DNA of 64,000 nt from Trichoplax adhaerens (taxonomy: Eukaryota; Animalia; Placozoa), in contig NW_002060951.1 in the NCBI RefSeq assembly GCF_000150275.1, forward strand, positions 1,932,297 through 1,996,296. The letters are read 5' to 3'. Each line of letters starts with the position of its first letter. Within the stretch, counting starts at the first letter, position 1. Shown piece after piece: positions 1 through 12,975 of this stretch. A model generated the notes under the pieces. It saw nothing but the letters and a program-made list of their open reading frames with translations. It ran no database searches and was not told the origin of the DNA. Position numbers and translations under genes: made by a program.

Positions 1-3000
1 TAGAAAGTATCATAGAAATTTTAAGTGTTAATAATGATTTGATTGCAACTTATAATTCAATTTACCGACTGCTAACTGTATCTGTATCAAAGCAGCGACT
101 GTGATTTAGTAGTAGATTTCAATATGAGGAGCTGTAGATTTATTTCATATGCGTTCCACTTTGTAATAGCGTAATTTTTCATTCTGAAGTTATCCTAAAC
201 GCACGTAGTAAAGTGATAAAGCTATATAAATTTGCTAATAGTCAAAATATTAATAAAAAAAGCTATCGATATCGGTAATTGTGAGGAATTGCTTTCTTTA
301 TGTCAGTAATAACTTTCAAATAAAATGGTTAGCCACTTCTTATGGGCTATCAACTAGATAATAAGTTTTTGATAGGATGAGTATATATAAAATTTCTTCT
401 TTGTAGATCCTGATACTAAATTTAAAATAAATTATGGACGGAATAGTCTGATCAGGTATGAGAAGCCTTAAATAATTATAAACTTTAATAGAATCATGTT
501 GCGTTTACGGTTTACAATATTAGGTTTAATGCGGCAGGAAACATTTTTGTATCTGAATAGATCACTTCTTTCAAGACTTTGTTTCAGAATACACTACGCA
601 TTGAAATATAAAGCTGTTAGGTCTATACTTAAAATTATTGTCAATTAAACATTTGCCTAAGTTAAGTTTTAAGGGCTTAAGCATAGATGCCATAATATGG
701 AGCAAATATGAAAGTATATTTGATACTTATGATATTAAGGTGTCAAGGAATATGATACAGCATACTCTTCATCTTCACGCATATCATCAAACAACCGCTG
801 TGATAGTATCGTACTCGGTCTAGTTCTCATAAAAGTATAGAAGGTAGTGGTCCACATACCCTACATATCCCAATTTAAGAAATTAGCAATAATTTTAATT
901 TAACTTGCAGGCATTTTAAAAACCATTATGATAAAATTACCATACTTAGTTGGCTTTCCGTAATAAGGGTACCTTAAAGATTATCGAATTTCATTTTACG
1001 AGATCATAATATCGCCAGAAGATCCGACAGAATTGATACACTTCTATTCTGCTTAATTTTTACATTCTGCATCTTTAAAGCACCATGGTGACTCAGTTGT
1101 AGGCGGTTGCTAATTTTATATAATAATCATAATGAAGCATGACTAATATTGGAGGTTTTTGTTAATGTTTAATATTAGTTTCAATTAAGGTAAATACCCT
1201 TACATTCATTCACGTTAATAATTACACTGTATCACAATAAATCTGTTATAAACAGAACGTTATAACATCTTCATTAGCATTTTCTTAAGTTCGAGTTGAT
1301 TAATAAAAACGCTAAAATGCTTTAAAACATTCATCTTCAAAACATATATTTCAGTAGGACTAGGGCACTCGAACGAACATAAGCGCAACTCTGTTTGCAG
1401 TGACTTCAGTTCACAACTCTGATGAGCAGTACTGTATTGATGACTGGTACATTATATTTAAAAAGGATGCTTTCAAACATTCGCTTGCTATATTTAAGAA
1501 TCACTTCCTTGCTTGATTGAATAATATCGCCTTGTTTATCTATATAATTTATCATCTAGCATTGCTCATATCAACGAAAGGCTTCCTAATTTGCATCCGC
1601 GTTGGTTAATCAGACAATACGTACGTATAGAGTAATTTACGCGCCGATTCAAATTTTCAATTTAAGTAAGTCTTTTAATATAGCTAACTTTAATGAGTAC
1701 CGTTAACGGTATAGTCTTTACTCCACAAAAACCGTGCAAAGGTGAGATAACTACAACATAACGAAGTCTTAACTGTGATGCAACATGATTAGCTACGAAT
1801 TGTAAATTAACTGACGTGAATTTAAAGTAAGAATCTGTTATTAATGGAAAAGTCCATCAAATTTCTCATAAAAATAATACTTAGGATTTCGCTTGAAGTA
1901 AAATATACATACAACATTTAAATTCTGATCGCCGCTATCTAATCTTCAACTATGTAAAGTACTAATAATTTTAAACTTGAAAAGGTTATTTATAATATTC
2001 AATATTTTTATATCAAATACAGAAATAAAAGAAATTATTTCGAAGTTATAACAAAGGCCAAACTTACTAAAGTAAGCGTATCTATGTTTTCTTTATTAAC
2101 GGAACGTACAATTTTAAATAATAAACAAATTTATACTGTTTACGGTAATCTAACATCAACTTATTGTTGGATGTGGTCGATCAACCAAATTCAAATTTTC
2201 GCAGTCTATGACGCGCAGGTTTTAAACTGATCATTGCTTATTAGTAATATTTATTTTTCATTGACGTCAGTAGTAAAAACTAGGGATGGCTGCTATTTCA
2301 TACATAATTAATTTTCTTTCAGTTAACTGTAAAATAATAAATTTTATTAAGTGGTATTGCGTTCACTAATAAATTATTAACTGATTATTGATGCAAATAG
2401 TTTTTGTCGATGGCTACTCAAATTTCATAACTGGAATAAGATTATTTAATTTATTTATATATATTAATGCCATATTACGGTTACATTCGATAAATAACCA
2501 CCGATTAAAATTACTGTAATTCCTCACAACACTAATAATAGTAACAGTTCTTATAGTTTTACTTCTTAGAATTAAATAGAAATTCGATGTTAACAGATTA
2601 GATTTGCCAGAAAATTTTAATTTCTACTTATAGTAAAGGACTAAAAGTAGAGTCATTTATAGCTTTTAGTATGTAACTAGTATTATTTTACTATAGAAAA
2701 TACCTATAAAGTGATAGCGTCTTTAAGTTTTACCCTGCCAAATCATTATGTCGCCATCTTTTCTTCTTCATTATTTTACAAGGTATTATATAGATTACTA
2801 TAGAAGTAGCCCTAGAGCAATTGCCTAATCTAAAGAAAGGGCGTTTGATAGTCTATTCAAATTATAAATCAATTTGACTTAGTAACAAAACCCTATCCAT
2901 AGAGAAAGGGGATTAATAGCATGACAGTAAAGTACTGTAATGTAGTCTATAATCGTACAGTTACCGTACAACCTGACGCTAAAACATCAACTGTCAATAC

Positions 3001-6000
3001 TAAGCGATACTAATGTCAGAAAAGTAGTCGTAGTAGTCATATAACATTTCTTGATAAGCGATCAGTGTGATCTTTATAAAATCCGGATTTTTCGGATTCG
3101 GATTCCGGAACCGGTCGGATTTATGTCCGACATAATTTTTCAGTATTAATTTATCTGTTTTAATTTTTCTGTTTTAAGTTTTGGATTTTAGTTTCTGAAA
3201 AATATCGTAAGAGTTGATTTTTGAAATTTGAACTTTTTGTTATGAATTTGAAACTTTGGAATTTTTATGACGTGACATGAAAGTCATATTAGGAAAGTTT
3301 AGTTAGGAAAATAGAAAATAAGATGGAAATTGGCAGAGGTTGTGTTGATTGTTAAGTAATTAGACTGTTATTTTTATGATTAAATCTTGATGTTTAAAGG
3401 TTAATTTTTAGACTTTTATAATGCATTAATGATAGAGATTATGTTAGAAGTGAAGTTTGATGTATTTTCATAGTTAACTTATTAGTTTTATAGTGTTTTG
3501 TAAGGGAATCATAGGGTAAATTGTGTCTGAACTATGAATGATTTTTGTTTTCTTAAATGGAGCAAAGTAGTTTTCTAAAAAGAGCGATTGGTTAGTAAAT
3601 GTTTAGTTTTAAATACCTCTGATGGCTCTACGAAGCCTATAAATGATAGTGCAATTAGAAAATTTAGAGAGATAGTAGAAGAAGATTCATTTAAAGAACT
3701 TGTTGAATTTAAAAGGCCTTCGGGGTCGAATTGTCGTAAGTTAAAACGTTCTTCATTTTGAAAGGCTGTTTGGTTGTTGACAGTTTTTAAGTCTGTCACT
3801 TTTTTTATTAATACTTAACGTTAAGTATTTGTAAGGTTGTTCGGTTTATACTTCTCTTCATTTTTTTGGTAATAAATTGTTGATCGATTATTTCCCCAAA
3901 TTTTATTTGGTGTCAAAGTTTCTTTAAGTCGACCGGAGTGCAACGAAAGTAGAATCAAAGTTTGTTAAAGTTTTGTAGCTTGATCTCCACACTTTTTATT
4001 TCATTGCATACTACATGGTGTAATCTAACATTGGCAGGAATAAAGCGAATCTGATATTACTGCAACAGCTAATCTCTACGGATACAGTATTTATTACTGT
4101 ACTAACTAAAATCTAAAATACTTGTAAATATATTACCACGCGCAATTCAAAAATACAAAACACTCCCACCATCAATTTCCTATTACACCCTACATTTGAT
4201 ATTATATCTAGAGCTTTGTCTATTCTTTTCGTCGATATCAGAGATAACGTATTATGATCTCCGGTCATATTTTAATATTAATTTTGGTAATTAATTGATT
4301 TGTTAATACGACCTTGCACATCGTGATACAATGGTCTTACAGTAAGCAATAAGCCATGAATTACATTTTCGATATAATGAGCATCTATGTCGAATGCAGG
4401 GCAATCACATTATATATTCAGTAGTACAGCGTTAAAGAGCACCTAGGAAAATGCAATTCTTTCATTACTTATACAAAGGTTACAGTCGAAAGGTGATTGT
4501 TTAGTATAATACTGTATATCATAATATATGATTCATGATACCGCTTCTATCTCAACCCTATTGCATATAAACTTGATTATCGCGTATTATGTATTGTTGT
4601 ACACTAACAGAGTATCCGCTACATATCCGCTTTTTTATAATCATAATGAAATTTTTAGTATTGCGATTCACAATATACGTGTAATATTAAAATTAAGGAG
4701 CTTATATCGTGCTCATCCAAAAATTAGCAACGCGAATTACTTATGATTAAAACTTTCTCAAAAAAATTGTGTCTAGCCATACACAAGCAAGACGCAATTC
4801 AGATTAGATACACAATATTCTGTAGCAATAAACGAAAATTATCGTAGATCGTAATCCAAAATATTTAATAAGATGTTCATTTCTAGATGATTCTGCGCAA
4901 CGTCTCACATTACAGCTATGCTATGTCCCCTGACAATGTACAGATATGCGTTAGCATCGCACAGCGGAATTGCCTCCTTGCATAAATAACTGTAAAATGA
5001 TATAATCCGTATCTAAATATATGAACCCCATGACTTGATGCATGATAATGATGTTACAGCCTATATGAAGTATTGTTAAGCATGATAATAACTACAGTTA
5101 ATCGAACTATTTAAGTATCTAAATATCGTATCGTTCAAACATAGAATATCATAAATAGGAAACAATGTGGGCCAATTTCATCTCTTCCAGACATTACATT
5201 AAGCAATAATCACCTACAGTGATACTCTTGTAATATACTGCAAAAATTTAATTTTAGCCTTGAAAAAATCGGCTACCCTATAATTATAAAAGGGGCATCA
5301 TAACACCATAGAAAGTGTTGTTTCACGGAAACAGTGATATATGAATCCCTGTACAAGCATTGAATGATTTCATAATTCTCGAGTACCTACAACAAAATCG
5401 TCAAAAACAAATGCATATATCGTAGTTAATATTGAAGCTTACATTGATCTGTCTGTGCATTACAGTGATATAATCTACTATATGAAATTAGGTCTATTAC
5501 GCACAAAGTAATCTAAGCATAACAATAAAAAGTAAGTATTTTTGGCTTAATTGCTCTTAAAGCTTAATTGTAAATAAATAGAATTTTATACCCAAATATT
5601 TCGACATTAGTATAAAGTAATATGTCATCATCCTTTACATTATCTAGATTTAAAACTATTATTTAGTCCTACCTTCATGAACAGTAATTACCTCATTTTA
5701 CGTCTTTTCTTATAATAAATTATCGTCTAATCTTGGCAATAAAAATTAACGCTCGACAAAGAAACAAAAACTATAAATCAATTTTATTTATGTTGTTGTA
5801 TTGCATATATTCTATGGTTGTGTCATGATCAAAATATAACTCAAGGATTGATCGCTTGCTATTGTATACGGCATTATTAACATTGTCACGTATTTAGTAT
5901 CCTTACTCATAATAAATAAAAACTAGTATTTACTGCCAATTGAATGAAGATTCAGTGTCTTAAATAAGACATTATTCACAAGTGAATCGTTTATTTTAAT

Positions 6001-7009
6001 GAAAGGAATATCAATATGAATAAGATATGAATTATTTATTGCTTTTAATTATCGATTGTACAAAGAATAAAGTGTACGGCGTCAAAGCAACATCGAAATT
6101 ATTCAGATGATATTAATTATATATTAATAATTCATCGATGAAAGAATTACTATTAATGATCAATGTTCAGACTTTAAATTGAGGACGATTCCTAATTGTG
6201 CTTAACTTATTCTTAGCAAAGTTTCCTGCTTTGAAAGTTGGCATTTAAAATCAATTACTTTACTTACTAAAAATCTATTCTTTACATAAAATACCGATAA
6301 ATGCTAATTCACTGGCATAACAAATCATCTTTAATCTGGTTTCACAAGTCATTCCTTTAAAGTCAATATTTCAAACTAGAAGATCATTCCAGGTTCAAAG
6401 AAAATTATTTGTATATGCCAACATTCATGCTTATTGGTGCAGTATTTGTTATCGATTTCAATTAATTAACTGGTGATCATTTATTATTAAATTAGACAAC
6501 AGTAGTTTATTGGAAAGAAAAAAAGGAATATTATATCTTTATTCTTTACTGTACAAGAAAAAGTTATCATTACTGTCCATCAACGAAAGAGAATTCAATT
6601 TTATTGTAGACTATAACCATTAGGATCACAATTCACTAGTATTTCAAGTTTGACAAGCAAATATTATTTGCTAAATATTAAAATCACCATCAAATTTGTC
6701 GTTGGTTTCTTATTGTTAGCTCATGCTAGCTAAATTTGTTCAACATATTAACTTTTCAGTTAGAATCTAATCAGATTGATGTTACAAGCGAAGCGAAAAG
6801 TGGTAAGATTGATTTAAACTATATCGTAGTATCGCTTTATATAGTACAGCGTGATACTATTTCATGAGTTAAAGTTATCTACGCATCATTTTCTTCGCCA
6901 ACTTTGACTCCGGTTATAAGTTATTATCAAAGCCTTGGTCTACTGCTGGTAAATTTCATGAGATATACGTAGAAATAGGTATTCGCAGGAATTACATCGT
7001 TAAATTCCA

Positions 7010-8182
7010 ATGGAAAGATTGGCTATTTTAAGTGATTCTCTCATTTCTAAGTTTTTAGTATGGACCTGTGGACCATTAGGCTTGATCTTCAATTTATATG
7101 TTTTTGTAAAGTGTATACGTAATTTAGCATATGGAAGGAAATTACGTGCGTTAATATTTGTCAGTCAAGCAGGTAGTCGATTAACCGATACTGGTAGAAA
7201 AGTCGGTAATAAATATTTACCCAATATTAGTAAAGTGGCTTCTTTGTTGTTCCTTAGCTTATCTATAGCAGATCTTCTATCGTCTCTTTATCTGTTATCT
7301 TTAGCTTTAGCGGATAGCTATTATTCAAGCTTAAATTATACTCTTAAATCTGATGGTTATAAAGGCACAAATCATAATTCAACTTTATACAGCCATAATC
7401 AAAGTGATACAGCTAGCCGAAAAAACGCCAGCATTATATCCCCATTGGCCAATCAATGGATAAGTAGTCCGTTATGTTTAATTTTACGCTTTCTAACAGT
7501 AACTGGACCGATAGCATCTGCTTTAACGACTTTTATGATAACAGTAGATCGATTTTTTATTGTTGTTTATCCACTTAAAGTCAGCTTGAAATTAAATTTA
7601 TCAAGAGCCCTAAAATGTTGCTGTGGTATTTGGTCATTATCTATAATATGTGGTATTGCAACATGCATTATTGCTACTTATACAGTTCAAGGGACGTTTA
7701 ACGATGTTAGTTGGTATAATCGATTATGCATCATAGACGATGCTAGCAATGGTTATGTGTTACCTTACGTTGTATTTCTAGGGCTAGGTATATTTTTAAC
7801 GTATATATCAATTGCTATAATTTATATCATCACCCTTGCTAAAATTCATAATATTAATGCCCAAAATAAGCATAATCGGTTACTCATCGGCACCAAGCGA
7901 TCTGATAACCTTGAGCTAGGGGTTATTATTACTGGTTTGATCGTGGCAGCAGGTGTATTATCATGGATGCCAGCAGGAATCTCATCCGCTCTATTTGCCG
8001 CTAGATTAATACCTTATCATCAAGAGATTGTATCTAATTTTGCAACTATAACCACATTAATAATGTCTGCTAATTGCCTCGTAAATCCAATTATTTTTAT
8101 TATTTTATCCAGAAGAATTAAGTCGACGAGAAATAAGCGGAAACAGCGCCATCATCGAAATAAAATATTGCCATCCTTCTAA
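7010..8182 (+). CDS. Rhodopsin-family 7TM GPCR, LGR/RXFP(GRL101)-like transmembrane domain, no ectodomain; single coding exon
   Basis: 390-aa ORF with seven hydrophobic segments and LGR-type motifs: TM2 LSIADLLSSLYLLSLALAD, ECL1 WISSPLC, TM3 ITVDRF..VYP, TM6 SWMP, TM7 NCLVNPIIF. An in-frame TAA lies just upstream of the ATG. Probable 5' exon at 6760-6802 (ttttcag...G|gtaaga), with an acceptor ending at 6988. Confidence 0.9.
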   Translation: MERLAILSDSLISKFLVWTCGPLGLIFNLYVFVKCIRNLAYGRKLRALIFVSQAGSRLTDTGRKVGNKYLPNISKVASLLFLSLSIADLLSSLYLLSLALADSYYSSLNYTLKSDGYKGTNHNSTLYSHNQSDTASRKNASIISPLANQWISSPLCLILRFLTVTGPIASALTTFMITVDRFFIVVYPLKVSLKLNLSRALKCCCGIWSLSIICGIATCIIATYTVQGTFNDVSWYNRLCIIDDASNGYVLPYVVFLGLGIFLTYISIAIIYIITLAKIHNINAQNKHNRLLIGTKRSDNLELGVIITGLIVAAGVLSWMPAGISSALFAARLIPYHQEIVSNFATITTLIMSANCLVNPIIFIILSRRIKSTRNKRKQRHHRNKILPSF

Positions 8183-9689
8183 AATGTACTATAAGCACAC
8201 CAGTGATCAACTAGTCATGAATTACATAAATTTACAACATCACTATTGGTATAGATTTTGACCAAAACATTATTTATTTTTATATTTTTTACACAAAGCT
8301 GAACTGGCATCATATGTATTGACTTGTGTATCTTATACACTATAAAATTCAAACTCAAGACGTAAGCTAAATTCATTCCAGAATATTATTGAAACCACTC
8401 ATAGATCCTGCAAACTATATTATTCACTAATAAATATTCTCATGTTTTAGTATTTATTGAATCTCTATTCAGAGGATATCTGTTCTAGTTCCATATTTTG
8501 AAAACGTTATTTGTACCAGTATCGTATTAGTTACTATACCATAATCATAAAGTACGGACTAAATCGAAAAAGACTTATTCCTAGTAAGACACAAGGCTGT
8601 AAGCCTGTTTAAGCTATAAGCCAGTTTATCAAAAATAAACTTGTATTATATATGGAATAATTTCTGCATTTTTAACTATCTTTGTGGTCATGCTTGTTAA
8701 TCATCTGTTGTAATACACAGTTTTTAACCATAACTACTCGCACATCGCAGCTGATTAATAGCAACATTTATTCCTATGTGACAGCCTAAGTATTTATTCA
8801 TGAATTACCATTATAGACGAAGTTAAAATGTGACGAATGAAACAGATTGCTATTTATCATAAGTAGAATAATCGAAACTAACTATTCTAACTCATATCGC
8901 TTGCGATACCATTATCATTATTTTAAATTAAGTAAAATCGATACTTACTTCATAATGGTATTACATAACGTGTCATCTCATCTATTCTTTATTTATTTCA
9001 ATATTATATGTTACAATAAAACAAAATTCTTAAACGTTTCAAGATAAAGAGATTAATTACTATTAAATTTCACGTAACCGATTTAGCTGTTGAATAATTT
9101 CTTGAGAACGTCTGATCATCAAATACAGTTCTAATATCTTGTCATGTTAACCTTACAATCTATCTAGTAATATAAAATACCGTCAATTTGCGTCTTCACC
9201 CTAGCGTAGAAAACTACTCCAGAAAGGAAATTAAACTATTAGTCGATCGCTTAGCCTAAATTTTGATAGTTTCGATTTTCACTTTATATTCCTATCACAC
9301 AGTTGAAGTTAATAATAAAGTGATAGTTTTCCTTTAGATAAGGCCTGAACTCCTAAATAATTATCTTAAGGTGAATACATAACTAGTAGAAAGTAAAAAA
9401 GTGCCAAAGCATGGAACTTTATAATCAAAAAGAGAATTTTAAGAGAAATAACGTAGTGATCATTAGCAAGGATTTGTAGGTCGAGAATTTCGTGTCATTA
9501 GACAATAGAACACCGTCCAAAAGAATAATTTTGTTAATTTGCTTTGGTCTTAACATGTTACTAACTGCAATAAATTTAAACCCTTCATGAGTAGAGTCTA
9601 TAGCTTATGATCATAGTAACGTATTAAAACTATTTATCAGCTATTGTTGCAAAGTGCCATGCTGTTATAAATGACGAAATCTTTTCATG

Positions 9690-9713
9690 TATATATATAT
9701 ATATATATATATA
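9690..9713. repeat. (TA)12 microsatellite
   Basis: Read directly from the sequence. Confidence 0.9.
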
Positions 9714-12700
9714 CGTTCGTTCTTCACAAAGGTCATGCACTAGACCCTCTATGATTAGCAATGTAGACTATATATACAGTATTATACAGTATATCACTTA
9801 ATACATATGCACACTATTCATCCGGAAGCTATCGTTTATTCATATTTTTAAGTCACAATCCTCTATTGTCTTACTTAGCTTCTTCACCAAGCTTCGTTTA
9901 GCTAGTTTGTTACTATTTTCCTTGGATTGCAGTTATTAATTAATGATGTAGCACCGAAATCAGTAATACTACAATTTCTATTCCTTAAGCTAGCACTGTG
10001 AAGAATTATTCCAAGATTAGTGCTCGCATAATACCGGCGTAACATTCTTAGCAAATTAAGGATAAAGAAACGTATAAAGTACCGTAATGTATTATTGTAT
10101 TAGACTTTATTTAAATGGTGTTATTTACTATAAAACAACCTTGTTAGCAGACTATGGTTTAATATGGGGTTTTTGTTGTTTGAATCGATAAAATTTGCCA
10201 GAGTATGTAAGAGGTAATCTTAATTACCTTTTCGTTATGTATAGGGCAATTCGGTATGAGACAGGGGTCTACATTAGACCATAGCTTAAACTCACGATAT
10301 AATAAAAAAATAACCAATAATAAAGATCAACTTGCCTCCCATGCTATACCGAACAAATTATAAGGTTACTTGGTGTTGTGCAGGTACTCAGCACACAGTC
10401 AGTAAGAATTTGTCAACATTAATATTTAATGCATGTTAGGATTCATCATTATTAGTGAATAATCATGCGATATTTCAATCCCGTAACGCACTCAGCAGTA
10501 AGTGACCTAAGGTTTAACCAAGACTCATTCATAATCGATTGTTATGAAGTTATCCCACGATAGATGGAGTTAGCGATGTTTAGTACCATAACCAGATTTA
10601 AATTCCTAGACAGTTCATACTATAGATATCTGGTGCCGTATTATATGAATGTGACTAATTTACATTAGATTGCATATTTTGACTTATGATTCAGTTCATA
10701 GGCACATTATGATTTAACTGTCTTGTAATACGTCATTGGATATCTACTCGCATGTCCTCAATAAATATTCTCTTATTAATTAGTTAAGCATCCAGATAAA
10801 AATTGAATACCTGATTTATGGGCCTTTTTGATATTAACTATAACTTCTAGCTACTATAGAAAGGTATAAAAGCCCGGTATTTTCGTATAATGAAGCTAGT
10901 TATTAAGTTTACTGCTTAACATAGAGTTAAAAGTGTACGAATCACTAAGAATCTGTCGAAATAGGGATTACTCTTTCCAAGTGTTTCTTTTAGACAGATT
11001 TATCGACCTGATATATGTATGGTTCGCGGAGAAGATTTGGGTAGAGTTAGCTTTTCATTATCATATCATAGGGCTGGTTTACGGCACTGATATTGGACAG
11101 AAACATCTTAAATGTAATGATGCATTATTAAAGAATTACTTTCTATAGTTTAATCTGATTTTGATCAGTATTTGCATTGGAGACGTCCGGAGAACCTCCA
11201 TATACTCGCATTAAATATCGTTTATTGATATTTTCAATATGTACCGATCATGCGCAGTACGAGTTTCCATGGATACGCTTTGGGATATTGTATCAGACTG
11301 TATCAAAATTTATCATATTTTACAGGTAATCGATCAGTTGAAGTCGTTATTTTCGTATGGTCAGTGTGGCAAATAGGTAATCAAAGGCAACGATACTACT
11401 GTAGTATTGTTTACTAAATCGAAATCCCACAGTGTCAAGATAAATAGTAATACTGCATTGATACGAGCACGCATCAATTTGGAAAATACTAAATGTTAGC
11501 TTATTATTAATTCGCTGAAGAAAGTAGGCACTGGAAATACGTCAATTCTGCCTAAGTTAAAGATAGTAGAAGTTAATGTTCCCTTCTGGTAAGTTCATGA
11601 AAAAATTACGAATTTAACTAATTGTAACCAGGAAAGGTTAAGTTGAAATCCGTCGATTTCAGGAGCTCTTGCAACTATTAGGATCCATAGCACAATAAAT
11701 CCACATATAGTATACCTCGATATTGCATGATATACGCACAGCTTTCTTACTATACAACATTATTATGTTGTATACGCCTTCCATTTTTTCTCTGAGTTGA
11801 AATAAAAGTTTAATACCTTGCTATTTCTGCTTATTCTAAGATTGATGCAGTCCGTATTTGAAGTATTTTCGTATTTAGCTATAAATCATTACATTTTTAT
11901 ATGGTTATGTCGCAAACCAGCTTCGTGACAAGGATAACCTAAATAAATCTTTAAATTACTAAAGTCTCCGAGACTCAGTAACCTTTAACTATCTCATGAG
12001 AATTGAAATACCTTTGCTTCTACGTTAAACTACTAGAGAATCCGGATTTTATTCAACTATCTACCGAGCTTAAATACCCTTCGGCGGCAGTTAGCATGAA
12101 CGAGTCAACATAAGATTGTGAAAGTCAATTCATACTGGATAGCTAAATTAATACACAGATATTTATAATCGTAGACATGCATCGAATGATTCTAGATAAC
12201 TAGACTACAGTATATCCATTCACAGAATTATGTATGGTATCACCTATGATTGAGCATCTTCAGGATATCAATCACAAGCATCACAAGACAGCACTATCAT
12301 TAATTAACATCAGTTACCAAATAAGAACTCTTTCTACAGTGCAGTATAATTTACTATAACAAATAATAACTACAGTGATTCTTACTGTAAGCTATTAATA
12401 GTTATCACCTACGTAAAGTTTAGTAGCCTATATTTATTTATTCAGCTATTTATTCACGATAGTTCGCACCGTGGCAGCTTAACATAATTAATGACCGACG
12501 TACAACATCAGAATGATCATAATTGCTCCGCCTAAAGTGATAGAGTGATATCTAAATTTGATATTTGTCTGTTTTGACCCATTAAACTATGCATTTTGGA
12601 TTAATCCATTGCAATTAAACATACAATGTGACTAATAGAAGTAAAAATAGGCTTAATCATTGTAGTACGGTCGGTATACTCATTTTAAAATTCTATTTAG

Positions 12701-12975
12701 TTACCATGAACTTAAGATTAGGCGGATCTATTATACTTTGCATCTCTAAAACTAGCAATAATAATGCTAGTGACATTTACTATCACATATATATGAACTG
12801 ATGTTACTTGCAGAATATAGCTGTTGGTGTAAAGCCAATTTCACCTAAAATTATCGTATTAGTTGTATCTTGGATCTGATAATAATAAAATACTTTAACT
12901 TCTCAATATCTTCAATTTATTGATTTTAATATTCATTATACCATTACAGGAACAAATGAAGCATAGCGAGTCAAG

